Source: Bdellovibrionota bacterium (GTDB lineage: Bacteria; Bdellovibrionota_C; UBA2361). Taken from it: a stretch of DNA of 51,669 bases. A model generated the notes under the pieces. That model had not been told where the DNA came from, did no database searches, and was given only the letters and a program-made list of their open reading frames with translations. Positions 9,315-16,524 of this stretch are shown here, in pieces. Where the stretch lies: the NCBI GenBank assembly GCA_041739515.1, contig JBGSNS010000192.1:1-51669 (forward strand). Reading direction: 5' to 3'. The position numbers and the translations under genes were made by a program. Numbering within the stretch: the first letter of the stretch is position 1; each line of letters begins with the position of its first letter.

Positions 9315-9589
9315 TCCTCTCCCTCATCCTTTTCGTCATCGCTTCTGTCTTCATCGAGAAGTCTCTGAATGCCGCCAACATCTAATTGGATCTTACCAAC
9401 CTCTGCAGCACGCTTAATTGGTTGTCCTGAGCCGACAAGACGGCCGATGGTTACGCCGGATGTATTCGCGGTGACGATCCGAATATACGGTTTGTTGTAC
9501 TTGGAGACCTCGAGAACTTCGCCCTCAGCAGCGCTCTCAGCGTAACTAGCTAGATCTTCTTTTAGCTCTTTTAAGGATATCTTTTTCAT
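9311..9589 (-). CDS. Phd/YefM-type antitoxin
   Basis: 92 aa. The N-terminus MKKISLKELKEDLASYAESAAEGEVLEVSKYNKPYIRIV has the Phd/YefM pattern, and the C-terminal tail is acidic. It is translationally coupled to the PIN gene. Confidence 0.7.
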   Translation of the reverse strand: MKKISLKELKEDLASYAESAAEGEVLEVSKYNKPYIRIVTANTSGVTIGRLVGSGQPIKRAAEVGKIQLDVGGIQRLLDEDRSDDEKDEGEE

Positions 9590-9592
9590 AAT

Positions 9593-9608
9593 AATAAAGT
9601 ACTTTATT
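9593..9608. promoter_or_regulatory. Perfect 16-bp palindrome AATAAAGTACTTTATT, candidate antitoxin operator
   Basis: The sequence is self-complementary when read directly. It ends 4 nt upstream of the antitoxin ATG, and no Shine-Dalgarno sequence lies between them. Confidence 0.4.
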
Positions 9609-9765
9609 TAGCGCTTTTCATCAATTGATTAAAATTATGCTTCGACATAGATGGCACATTAAGGGTGCCGTATATTTCATAAAGATGAGGAGCAGAAACA
9701 AGTTATCCTAGATATCTCTTTGAATTTGCTATTATTTTCAAGAATCATTCCAGTCCTCTTCTTTA

Positions 9766-9801
9766 TTCTAGTATTATTCTATATATAGAATAATACTAGA
9801 A
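9766..9801. promoter_or_regulatory. Perfect 36-bp palindrome TTCTAGTATTATTCTATA|TATAGAATAATACTAGAA, candidate SOS (LexA-type) operator/promoter of imuA
   Basis: The two 18-nt halves are exact reverse complements. The palindrome ends 4 nt before the imuA ATG (9806). It contains -10-like hexamers (TAGAAT, TAATAC). In many bacteria imuA-imuB-dnaE2 cassettes are LexA-regulated. Confidence 0.5.
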
Positions 9802-9805
9802 TACA

Positions 9806-10534
9806 ATGAAGCCGCTATCCTTTTCCGCACTCTCTCCTTCTTCTCTCTCCGGCCCTTCTCACGCCTGGAGTAGTGAAGATGTTTTTTTACCAAACGGCCT
9901 GCCGCGCGCAGCGGTGCACGAGGTTTTTCTATCTGAAAGCGAGACGATTCCGTATTTGCCTTCGGCGTTTATTATCGCTGGAATTTACAAAGCGATTAAC
10001 TCCCCAGCGAATTCAGCTACGAGAAGAAAAATCACTATCTGGATCGGACGCGATAGCTGGCCTACTCCATACGCACTCCCTGAAGAGCTGCGCGCAGATG
10101 CGTATTTTTTAGATCCTAATGCAGTAGATCCTAGTACAGGTAAAAAACTTCTCTGGACGCTCGATGCGGCGCTTCGCTGCCCAGCAGTTGGTGCAGTAGT
10201 TACACACTGTGCGCGATTGCCGTTTACACTTTCGCAGCGTTTCGCTCTGGCGGCGCGAAGCAGTGGGGTTATCGGGATAATTACGCGTCCGTATCAAGCA
10301 CTCCAGATCCCATCAGCTTCCCCATTTCGATGGGAAATAGCGCCGTATGCGGCAGCACTTCGAGAGCACCCAAGCTGGTTAGTTACGCTGCACAAAGCGA
10401 AACACTCGTTACCTCAGAATAATAAATGGATCGTTGATTATGAAGATGAAACGTTTTCTCTGCGTGTATCTCCCGTATTGGTCAGTGGAAGTAGCGAAGA
10501 ATCTGCTCGAGAGAGAGCAGCGGCATTCGGATGA
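9806..10534 (+). CDS. imuA: ImuA-like (SulA/RecA-fold) protein of the mutagenesis cassette
   Basis: 242 aa. It sits directly upstream of imuB-dnaE2 and has the typical size. The segment around AAVHEV... and the Ala/Gly-rich core are consistent with ImuA. The assignment rests mostly on synteny. Confidence 0.7.
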   Translation: MKPLSFSALSPSSLSGPSHAWSSEDVFLPNGLPRAAVHEVFLSESETIPYLPSAFIIAGIYKAINSPANSATRRKITIWIGRDSWPTPYALPEELRADAYFLDPNAVDPSTGKKLLWTLDAALRCPAVGAVVTHCARLPFTLSQRFALAARSSGVIGIITRPYQALQIPSASPFRWEIAPYAAALREHPSWLVTLHKAKHSLPQNNKWIVDYEDETFSLRVSPVLVSGSSEESARERAAAFG

Positions 10535-12044
10535 TAACGTGCGCCCATTGCTGCTTACTTCAACGGTTGCTCAGCAATCAGTCGTTAAGCGCTGCTGCAA
10601 ACTCGCTACCCATGCAGGAGTTAAACGCGATTCTCCGATTAATCTTGCACAAGCACTAACGCACAATCCGCTAATCTTGCCGTTTAAGCCGCTGCAAGAA
10701 TACCGCGCGCTGTTTAGGTTAGCCCTCAGAGCGTTATCGTTATCCCCCTTAGTAGCACTCGATAACGATTTAAGCAGAGCGTTTAATAACGGAGCGCTGC
10801 TGGAGATCTCTCCTGAATACTCGGGCTTTATGCTCGATATCTCTGGCACAGAGCGGTTGCATCGCGGCGAAGAGTTACTCGCGCAACGGCTTTTTAAAGC
10901 TTTATCAGCGCGAGGAATAACCGCACGAATCGCAATCACTCCGAATATCGGCTGCGCTTGGGCGCTCTCACGGTATAGCTCTCATGAGCTTACAATTGTG
11001 CCCAATGACCTGGTGCGGGATGCGATGGTTGCACTTCCGATAGCAAGCCTTAGATTAGAGCCAGCAGTAACAACAGCGCTTAATGAGCTTGGACTGTATG
11101 TAGTCGATGCGTTACTAAGGCTCCCTCTTAAGGATATCGGACTGCGATTCGGGGTGCAGAGCCTGCGCCGGATTCACCAAGCGCTCGGCACAGTAGACGA
11201 ACACTTCGAAGCTATCTCGCCTGAGCCTCGTTATACAGCCAGTAAAGATTTCGAGATTCCGATTGAGAATCTCTCTGCTGCGCAAGAAATAACGCTGCAA
11301 CTTTTAAGAGCACTACTTACCGAGCTTAATCTTTACGGACTAAAAGCTGGGTCTTTTTTAATAACTTTTACTACTCGCTTAGACTATTCCGGAGACACTC
11401 AGACTCACAACAAAGAGATAGCACTACAGTCAGCAAGCAATGCAACTGCATCGATTATGCATATCGTCGGCCCGGTTATAGAGTCGTTTAAAATACCTGG
11501 GGCTATCGTCTCAGTTCTAGTTACAGCGCAAGCGATAACTAGACATTTAAACGAACAACAACAGATCTTTGAGTCTCCGTACGCAAAAGAACTTCAGCGG
11601 AATGCGGAGGAATTATTAAATAATCTGACAGCACGCTTAGGAGTTGATCAGGTAAAACAAATTACTCTACATCAATCGTACATCCCAGAAAGAAGCTTTT
11701 CTTATGTTCCAACTAAAACGTTACGTGAAGGTAATCTTTTAAAAGATATCGCTATCTCCCCTGCCATCCCTACGCGCCCACCACAAATATTTAGAAACGC
11801 TGAAAAAATATCTGCTGTGGCGTTACTCCCTGATAGGCCTCCGGCTCGGATTACGTGGCGCGGGGCTACTTACAAAATTATTAACGGTAAGGGACCAGAA
11901 CGGATAGCACCCGAATGGTGGAGGGGCGATTCAATCACAAATGCCACTAGAGATTATTTTACCCTGCAAGATCACACCGGACGCTGGCTCTGGGTGTATC
12001 GAAATATTCCGAATTTAGATTGGTGGATTCATGGAATATTTTGA
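10440..12044 (+). CDS. imuB: ImuB, Y-family DNA polymerase-like protein
   Basis: The N-terminus MKRFLCVYLPYWSVEV matches the typical ImuB start pattern. The product is about 530 aa. The gene overlaps dnaE2 by 14 nt. ATG codons at 10440 and 10446 lie inside the 3' end of imuA. Confidence 0.85.
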   Translation: MKMKRFLCVYLPYWSVEVAKNLLEREQRHSDDNVRPLLLTSTVAQQSVVKRCCKLATHAGVKRDSPINLAQALTHNPLILPFKPLQEYRALFRLALRALSLSPLVALDNDLSRAFNNGALLEISPEYSGFMLDISGTERLHRGEELLAQRLFKALSARGITARIAITPNIGCAWALSRYSSHELTIVPNDLVRDAMVALPIASLRLEPAVTTALNELGLYVVDALLRLPLKDIGLRFGVQSLRRIHQALGTVDEHFEAISPEPRYTASKDFEIPIENLSAAQEITLQLLRALLTELNLYGLKAGSFLITFTTRLDYSGDTQTHNKEIALQSASNATASIMHIVGPVIESFKIPGAIVSVLVTAQAITRHLNEQQQIFESPYAKELQRNAEELLNNLTARLGVDQVKQITLHQSYIPERSFSYVPTKTLREGNLLKDIAISPAIPTRPPQIFRNAEKISAVALLPDRPPARITWRGATYKIINGKGPERIAPEWWRGDSITNATRDYFTLQDHTGRWLWVYRNIPNLDWWIHGIF

Positions 12045-15000
12045 GTCGCTCTGCACCACGAATTTTTCCTTTCTTCAAGGCGCAAGCCATCCGGAGGAAT
12101 ACGCCGATCGTGCGGCAGCGCTAGGTCTTGCTGGGATCGCTGTTGCCGACAGTAATTCACTTGCTGGGATCGTTCGCGCTCATACCACAGCGCTCGAACA
12201 TCGCATCCCGTTTCGGGTGGGTTGCAGGCTATCACTTTACAAAACGTTACCCAACGTTGGCGATAATAGAGAGAAAAGTTTTCATTGTGAGATCGCTGTA
12301 TATTCAACCGATAGAGCCTCTTACGGCAAACTTTGTAGGCTGCTTAGTTTGGGTAAACTTCGCGCGCCGAAAGGCTCATGCTTTATACTGATTGAGGAGT
12401 TCTTGCAGTACAGTGCCGGACTAGCGGTCACGATACTCGCACACGATAAGACCCAGCATTCAACACTCAATTATATCGTTGAAGCGTTAAGTGATCGAAA
12501 ACTGATTTCCGTAGCACTAATTAACGATTATACCGACCCGCGCACAGCGAGAAGCACACACGATTTTGCAAATAAACATGAATTGCCACTGATCGCTTCT
12601 GCGGATGCTGTAATGCACAGCGTTGAGCGAAAGCAACTATTAGATGTGCTTACCTGTGTGCGCCACGGTTGCACTATAGAACAAGCTGGTTTTCGATTAT
12701 TAAAAAATGCTGAGCGCTACTTAAAATCACCGCGCGAAATAGCGCATCTTTTTAGAAATACTCCGGCTGCAATCGTTCGTTCTATGGAGCTGCTAGAGAT
12801 AACCAGCGGCTTTTCGTTAGCACAATTAAAATACGAATATCCAAATGAAGTGACTCCTCCCGGAGTTTCTGCATTAGAGCACCTAAAAACATTGACTTAT
12901 GCGGGTGCTAAAGAACGATTTCCCAGTGGTATTCCAGATAAAGTCTCGAAACTGCTGGAAGATGAATTCACGCTAATTGCAGAGCTAAAATACGAGAAGT
13001 ATTTTCTTACCTGTCACGACATCGTTAATTTTGCCCGTGCAAAAGGGATTTTATGCCAAGGACGCGGTGCAGCGGCAAACTCCGTAGTTTGCTACTGCTT
13101 AAGCATTACAGCGGTTGATCCTACCAGAATAGATTTGTTGTTTGCACGCTTCATTAGCCGCGAACGTAACGAACCACCGGATATCGATATCGACTTCGAG
13201 CACGAACGTAGAAGTGAGGTGATGGAGTATATCTATACTCGCTTTGGGCGTGAACGCGCCGGGCTTGGATGTGCTGTGATTACTTACCGTACTCGCTCTG
13301 CTGTGCGGGATATCGGCAAAGCGCTAGGATTAGGCACTGCTACCGTTGATACATTAGCGAAACTTGTGCATCGCTGGACTAATAATGTAGTAGCGCCGCA
13401 AGACCTTATCGAGGCTGGTCTTAATCCTAGCGATCCAACTATCGAACTTACATTTGCGTTAGCAAAACAACTTAAAGGATTTCCGCGTCACTTAACGCAG
13501 CATGTAGGCGGCTTTATCATTTGTGAACATCCGCTAATTGAAACAGTTCCTATCTTAAGCACCGGAGCAGAGGGGCGCACGATTATTGAATGGGACAAGG
13601 ACGACATCGAAACCCTTGGAATGCTTAAGATCGATATATTGGCACTCGGTATGCTTAGCTGCATTAGGCGCGCGATTGAGTATATTAACGATATCCGTAC
13701 GGAAAAAGCGCCACGCTTAGAGTTTCATACCATCCCAGCAGAAGATCCGATCGTTTATGATCGAATCTGTGAAGCCGATACGATCGGTGTTTTTCAGATC
13801 GAATCCCGCGCACAGATGTCGATGTTGCCGCGATTAAAGCCGCGTTGCTTTTACGACTTAGTAATCGAGGTAGCGATCGTTAGACCAGGGCCCATTCAGG
13901 GCAACATGGTGCATCCGTATTTGCGCAGACGGAACGGGCTTGAAGAACCGCACTATCCTGATGATAGAGCGCGCTCCGTACTCGGAAAAACGTTAGGCGT
14001 GCCGTTGTTCCAAGAACAAGCGATGCGATTAGCGATCGTGCTCGCTGATTTTACCCCAGAGGAAGCTGAGGGATTGCGCCGTGCAATGGCTGCATGGAAG
14101 CGAGATAAAGGCCGAATTGCTTTGTTTAATGCGCGCGTAGTCGCTGGGATGGTGGCTAATGGATACACTGAAAAGTTTGCCGAAAACTGCATGAATCAGA
14201 TTAAGGGATTTAGTGAGTATGGATTTCCGGAATCTCACGCGGCATCGTTTGCGTTGCTGGTGTATGCATCTGCGTGGATCAAAACCCATTATCCAGTCCA
14301 GTTTGCAGCAGCACTCTTAAATAGCCAGCCAATGGGGTTTTATGCACCGGCGCAAATAATCAACGATCTAACGCGCCACGGAATTCAAACGTATCCGATT
14401 GATATAATCTATAGCGGATGGGATTGCTCGATTATGCAGTGCGGATCTATGCGACTAGGATTTCGGATGATTAAGGGGATTTCTGAGAACGAGGCACGAG
14501 CGGTCGCTGCGTACATGAAGATTGAAAAAAGGAATGCTGAAAAGAGTATTCCTGAACTACTCGCTACGCTACGAGATCTCTCATCGATCGGCACACTTGA
14601 ACTTCTAGCTAAATCTGATGCTTTTAGATCTCTTGGCTTATCGAGTCGGGATGCGCTTTGGGCGATTAAAGCACTACCTCCTAAAGTACTCCCACTCGAA
14701 GCTGTGCTTAGAGCAAACGACGCCTCTCTGTTACCTGAGAAATCCCTGCAACAAAGTATGTTCGATGATTTTGCTAAAACCGGCGTATCACTGCGTGCTC
14801 ATCCGTTAAATTTTATTCGAGAGAGGCTGACCAAACGCGGCGTTGTAACGATTGAAACTTTGCGATCGTTTAAGAACTCGCGACCAAACGTTGCAGTAGC
14901 CGGTATCGCCTTCGTTAAGCAGCGCCCAGGAACAGCGAAAGGAATGTTATTTATTTCATTGGAGGATGAAACAGGGATCACCAATTTAGTGGTTAAACCA

Positions 15001-15174
15001 CAAATTTTTGAGCGGTTTAGACGAGATATTTTATTGCGACAAGCGTTACTAGTGCGCGGAGTGCTCGAACGGGTTGATGCAGTCACGTATATCAACGTCA
15101 CGCATATTCAGGGGTTGGATGAGCAGCTGCTCGTGACCAAGATCGATCTTAGTACGACAAGTTATTCGTACTAA
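12031..15174 (+). CDS. dnaE2: Error-prone DNA polymerase III alpha-like subunit DnaE2 (ImuC)
   Basis: 1047 aa. The N-terminal PHP domain reads YFESLCTTNFSFLQGASHPEEY. The Pol IIIA core carries PPDIDIDFEHERR and GVFQIESRAQ. An OB fold lies at the C-terminus. Confidence 0.93.
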   Translation: MEYFESLCTTNFSFLQGASHPEEYADRAAALGLAGIAVADSNSLAGIVRAHTTALEHRIPFRVGCRLSLYKTLPNVGDNREKSFHCEIAVYSTDRASYGKLCRLLSLGKLRAPKGSCFILIEEFLQYSAGLAVTILAHDKTQHSTLNYIVEALSDRKLISVALINDYTDPRTARSTHDFANKHELPLIASADAVMHSVERKQLLDVLTCVRHGCTIEQAGFRLLKNAERYLKSPREIAHLFRNTPAAIVRSMELLEITSGFSLAQLKYEYPNEVTPPGVSALEHLKTLTYAGAKERFPSGIPDKVSKLLEDEFTLIAELKYEKYFLTCHDIVNFARAKGILCQGRGAAANSVVCYCLSITAVDPTRIDLLFARFISRERNEPPDIDIDFEHERRSEVMEYIYTRFGRERAGLGCAVITYRTRSAVRDIGKALGLGTATVDTLAKLVHRWTNNVVAPQDLIEAGLNPSDPTIELTFALAKQLKGFPRHLTQHVGGFIICEHPLIETVPILSTGAEGRTIIEWDKDDIETLGMLKIDILALGMLSCIRRAIEYINDIRTEKAPRLEFHTIPAEDPIVYDRICEADTIGVFQIESRAQMSMLPRLKPRCFYDLVIEVAIVRPGPIQGNMVHPYLRRRNGLEEPHYPDDRARSVLGKTLGVPLFQEQAMRLAIVLADFTPEEAEGLRRAMAAWKRDKGRIALFNARVVAGMVANGYTEKFAENCMNQIKGFSEYGFPESHAASFALLVYASAWIKTHYPVQFAAALLNSQPMGFYAPAQIINDLTRHGIQTYPIDIIYSGWDCSIMQCGSMRLGFRMIKGISENEARAVAAYMKIEKRNAEKSIPELLATLRDLSSIGTLELLAKSDAFRSLGLSSRDALWAIKALPPKVLPLEAVLRANDASLLPEKSLQQSMFDDFAKTGVSLRAHPLNFIRERLTKRGVVTIETLRSFKNSRPNVAVAGIAFVKQRPGTAKGMLFISLEDETGITNLVVKPQIFERFRRDILLRQALLVRGVLERVDAVTYINVTHIQGLDEQLLVTKIDLSTTSYSY

Positions 15175-15195
15175 CTTACCTGGGGCCGCGGAGCG

Positions 15196-15354
15196 CTGGG
15201 ACCGCGAAGTGATACTTCGCAGTCTAACGTGTTACCTTGCAAAAGCTATTTTCAAACCACGCACGCCAAGAGCTGATGCTCAGATCCGTCGTTGAAAAAA
15301 TCCGCAACCGCAAAGGAGTTGTTTAGACTGCGGAGCAACGCTCCGCGGTCCCAG
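15196..15354. repeat. REP-doublet (REPIN/MITE-like) element, copy B
   Basis: The left module at 15196-15228 is CTGGGACCGCGAAGTGATACTTCGCAGTCTAAC. The right module at 15321-15354 is GTTTAGACTGCGGAGCAACGCTCCGCGGTCCCAG. An extra 16-nt terminus copy (CTGGGGCCGCGGAGCG, 15180-15195) abuts the left end. The element lies between the convergent dnaE2 and the 107-aa ORF. Confidence 0.8.
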
Positions 15355-15371
15355 GGTGGCGTCCCAGGCTT

Positions 15372-15695
15372 CTACCCGATCGTGATTTTTGTAGCTCTGC
15401 GCATTGTACCGTCAACGGTACAATGCACCCTAGCTCTTGAGCCAATTCTTAGCTCACCAAAAACTATCGTATTAGCATCGATGGCAAAATCTTTGTCCTC
15501 AACGGAATAAGAGCCGTTCGCTGAGAGCATTAAATCGCCTTCAAGATCTATGACCGACGTAACAATTTTGCGCTTCGATCTTCTAGAACTCCTCTTTGGG
15601 ATAACAATCGGCACTGTACGGCGCGCCGGTTGAATCAGGTTTTTCCAATACTGCAAAAAGGTTGGAAAAGCGGAACTTTCTGTGGAAACGGGCAT
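15372..15695 (-). CDS. Hypothetical protein (weak bactofilin-like repeat pattern)
   Basis: 107 aa. The N-terminal region is basic and is followed by IDLEGDLMLSANGS...VFGELRIGSRARV, which is loosely bactofilin-like. Support comes only from ORF length and its position outside other genes. Confidence 0.25.
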   Translation of the reverse strand: MPVSTESSAFPTFLQYWKNLIQPARRTVPIVIPKRSSRRSKRKIVTSVIDLEGDLMLSANGSYSVEDKDFAIDANTIVFGELRIGSRARVHCTVDGTMRRATKITIG

Positions 15696-15765
15696 ATATA
15701 ACTTCCTCTACATCAATAAAGGGAGTCGTTCTCTACGCGGCTACGACAACCGGAAATTTCGCTGA

Positions 15766-15794
15766 TAAAAAACGTCTCTTCGCTAAAGACGTTT
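15766..15794 (-). terminator. Candidate rho-independent terminator downstream of the lipoprotein gene
   Basis: On the minus strand the sequence reads AAACGTCT-TTAGCGAAG-AGACGTTTTTT, a stem followed by a T-run. The stem is short and only moderately GC-rich. Confidence 0.4.
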
Positions 15795-15911
15795 CAAAAT
15801 CTTTCTGATTTCTTCGCTATCGAATAGGTACTAGTACTCCTTGAATCACAACTTCGCTTAGGTGATATCGAGGAATCTTCTGCGGAGCTTTACGATTTGT
15901 AGCTAGATTTA

Positions 15912-16193
15912 CTAACGATAGCCTTTTCTTTTTTGCCACTCCTCATAACTCTCCCACTCACCCGGAGCTGAATCAGTGTCTAGTCCTTGAGATGTACGAG
16001 AATCTCTGATCGCTTGCTCTCGCTGACGTGCCTTATAAGCATCAGTATCCTGATTATCGGACTCTAGCTGTCTAATACCCTTAGTCATCTGATCGATGCC
16101 TTTTCCGATCTGCTCGACTGGCCCTACAGGTTCCTTAGGAGCACACCCTAGCGCTGCCAAAGATATAGCGAAGATGCAAATTAGTTTCTTCAT
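15912..16193 (-). CDS. Small lipoprotein
   Basis: MKKLICIFAISLAALGCAPKEP contains a lipobox (LAALG|C). I chose the start at the MKK codon (16193) rather than the ORF-track start at 16235. The mature part is charged and low in complexity. Confidence 0.6.
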   Translation of the reverse strand: MKKLICIFAISLAALGCAPKEPVGPVEQIGKGIDQMTKGIRQLESDNQDTDAYKARQREQAIRDSRTSQGLDTDSAPGEWESYEEWQKRKGYR

Positions 16194-16305
16194 GCGAGGA
16201 AAATAGCAGACCCATGAAGGCTCCACCACTTTCATTTAAGGTAACAGGTCAGCATCTTCATCGATTGTTGCAAGGTGGAATGCTCCGAATTTACCCCTCA
16301 GGGGT

Positions 16306-16383
16306 CAGTTCTCCCCTTTTTTGACCCCTTTAATCAGTGCTGATAACTGCAAAGGTGAAATGGGTCCAAAAAGGGGAGAACTG
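16306..16383. repeat. 26-bp imperfect inverted repeat (24/26 matches) with a 26-nt spacer
   Basis: The left arm is CAGTTCTCCCCTTTTTTGACCCCTTT at 16306-16331. The right arm is AAATGGGTCCAAAAAGGGGAGAACTG at 16358-16383. The spacer contains a small nested palindrome, TCAGTGCTGA. The repeat lies between the ddl terminator and the lipoprotein gene. Confidence 0.5.
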
Positions 16384-16406
16384 GGGGTGAAAACACTACC
16401 TGGTCA

Positions 16407-16434
16407 CAAAAAACGTCAGCCCGGTTAGGGCTGG
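16407..16434 (-). terminator. Candidate rho-independent terminator of the tandem ddl gene
   Basis: On the minus strand the sequence reads CAGCCC-TAACC-GGGCTG-ACG-TTTTTT. It lies about 90 nt downstream of the ddl stop codon. Confidence 0.5.
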
Positions 16435-16524
16435 CCATCAAACAACATCTTTACTCGTTTGAGGCTTTAAACTCCAATATCTTCCCATGTATTAAATGCA
16501 ATGCTTATCGTGACCAGATACCAT

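Noticed and set aside
10571-12391. Antisense and alternate-frame ORFs within imuB and the dnaE2 5' end (10571-10939, 11115-11300, 12029-12307, 12128-12391)
   Set aside because: They are embedded in strongly supported polymerase genes, which is typical of shadow ORFs.
15292-15510. 72-aa plus-strand ORF
   Set aside because: It starts inside REP-doublet copy B and runs antisense into the 107-aa ORF. It translates repeat sequence.
15828-15837. GTACTAGTAC 10-bp palindrome, considered as a possible LexA-like site related to the AGTA-containing palindromes at 9593 and 9766
   Set aside because: It is short, it lies downstream of a gene rather than in a promoter, and it does not fit the cyanobacterial-type RGTAC-N3-DGTWCB motif when aligned.
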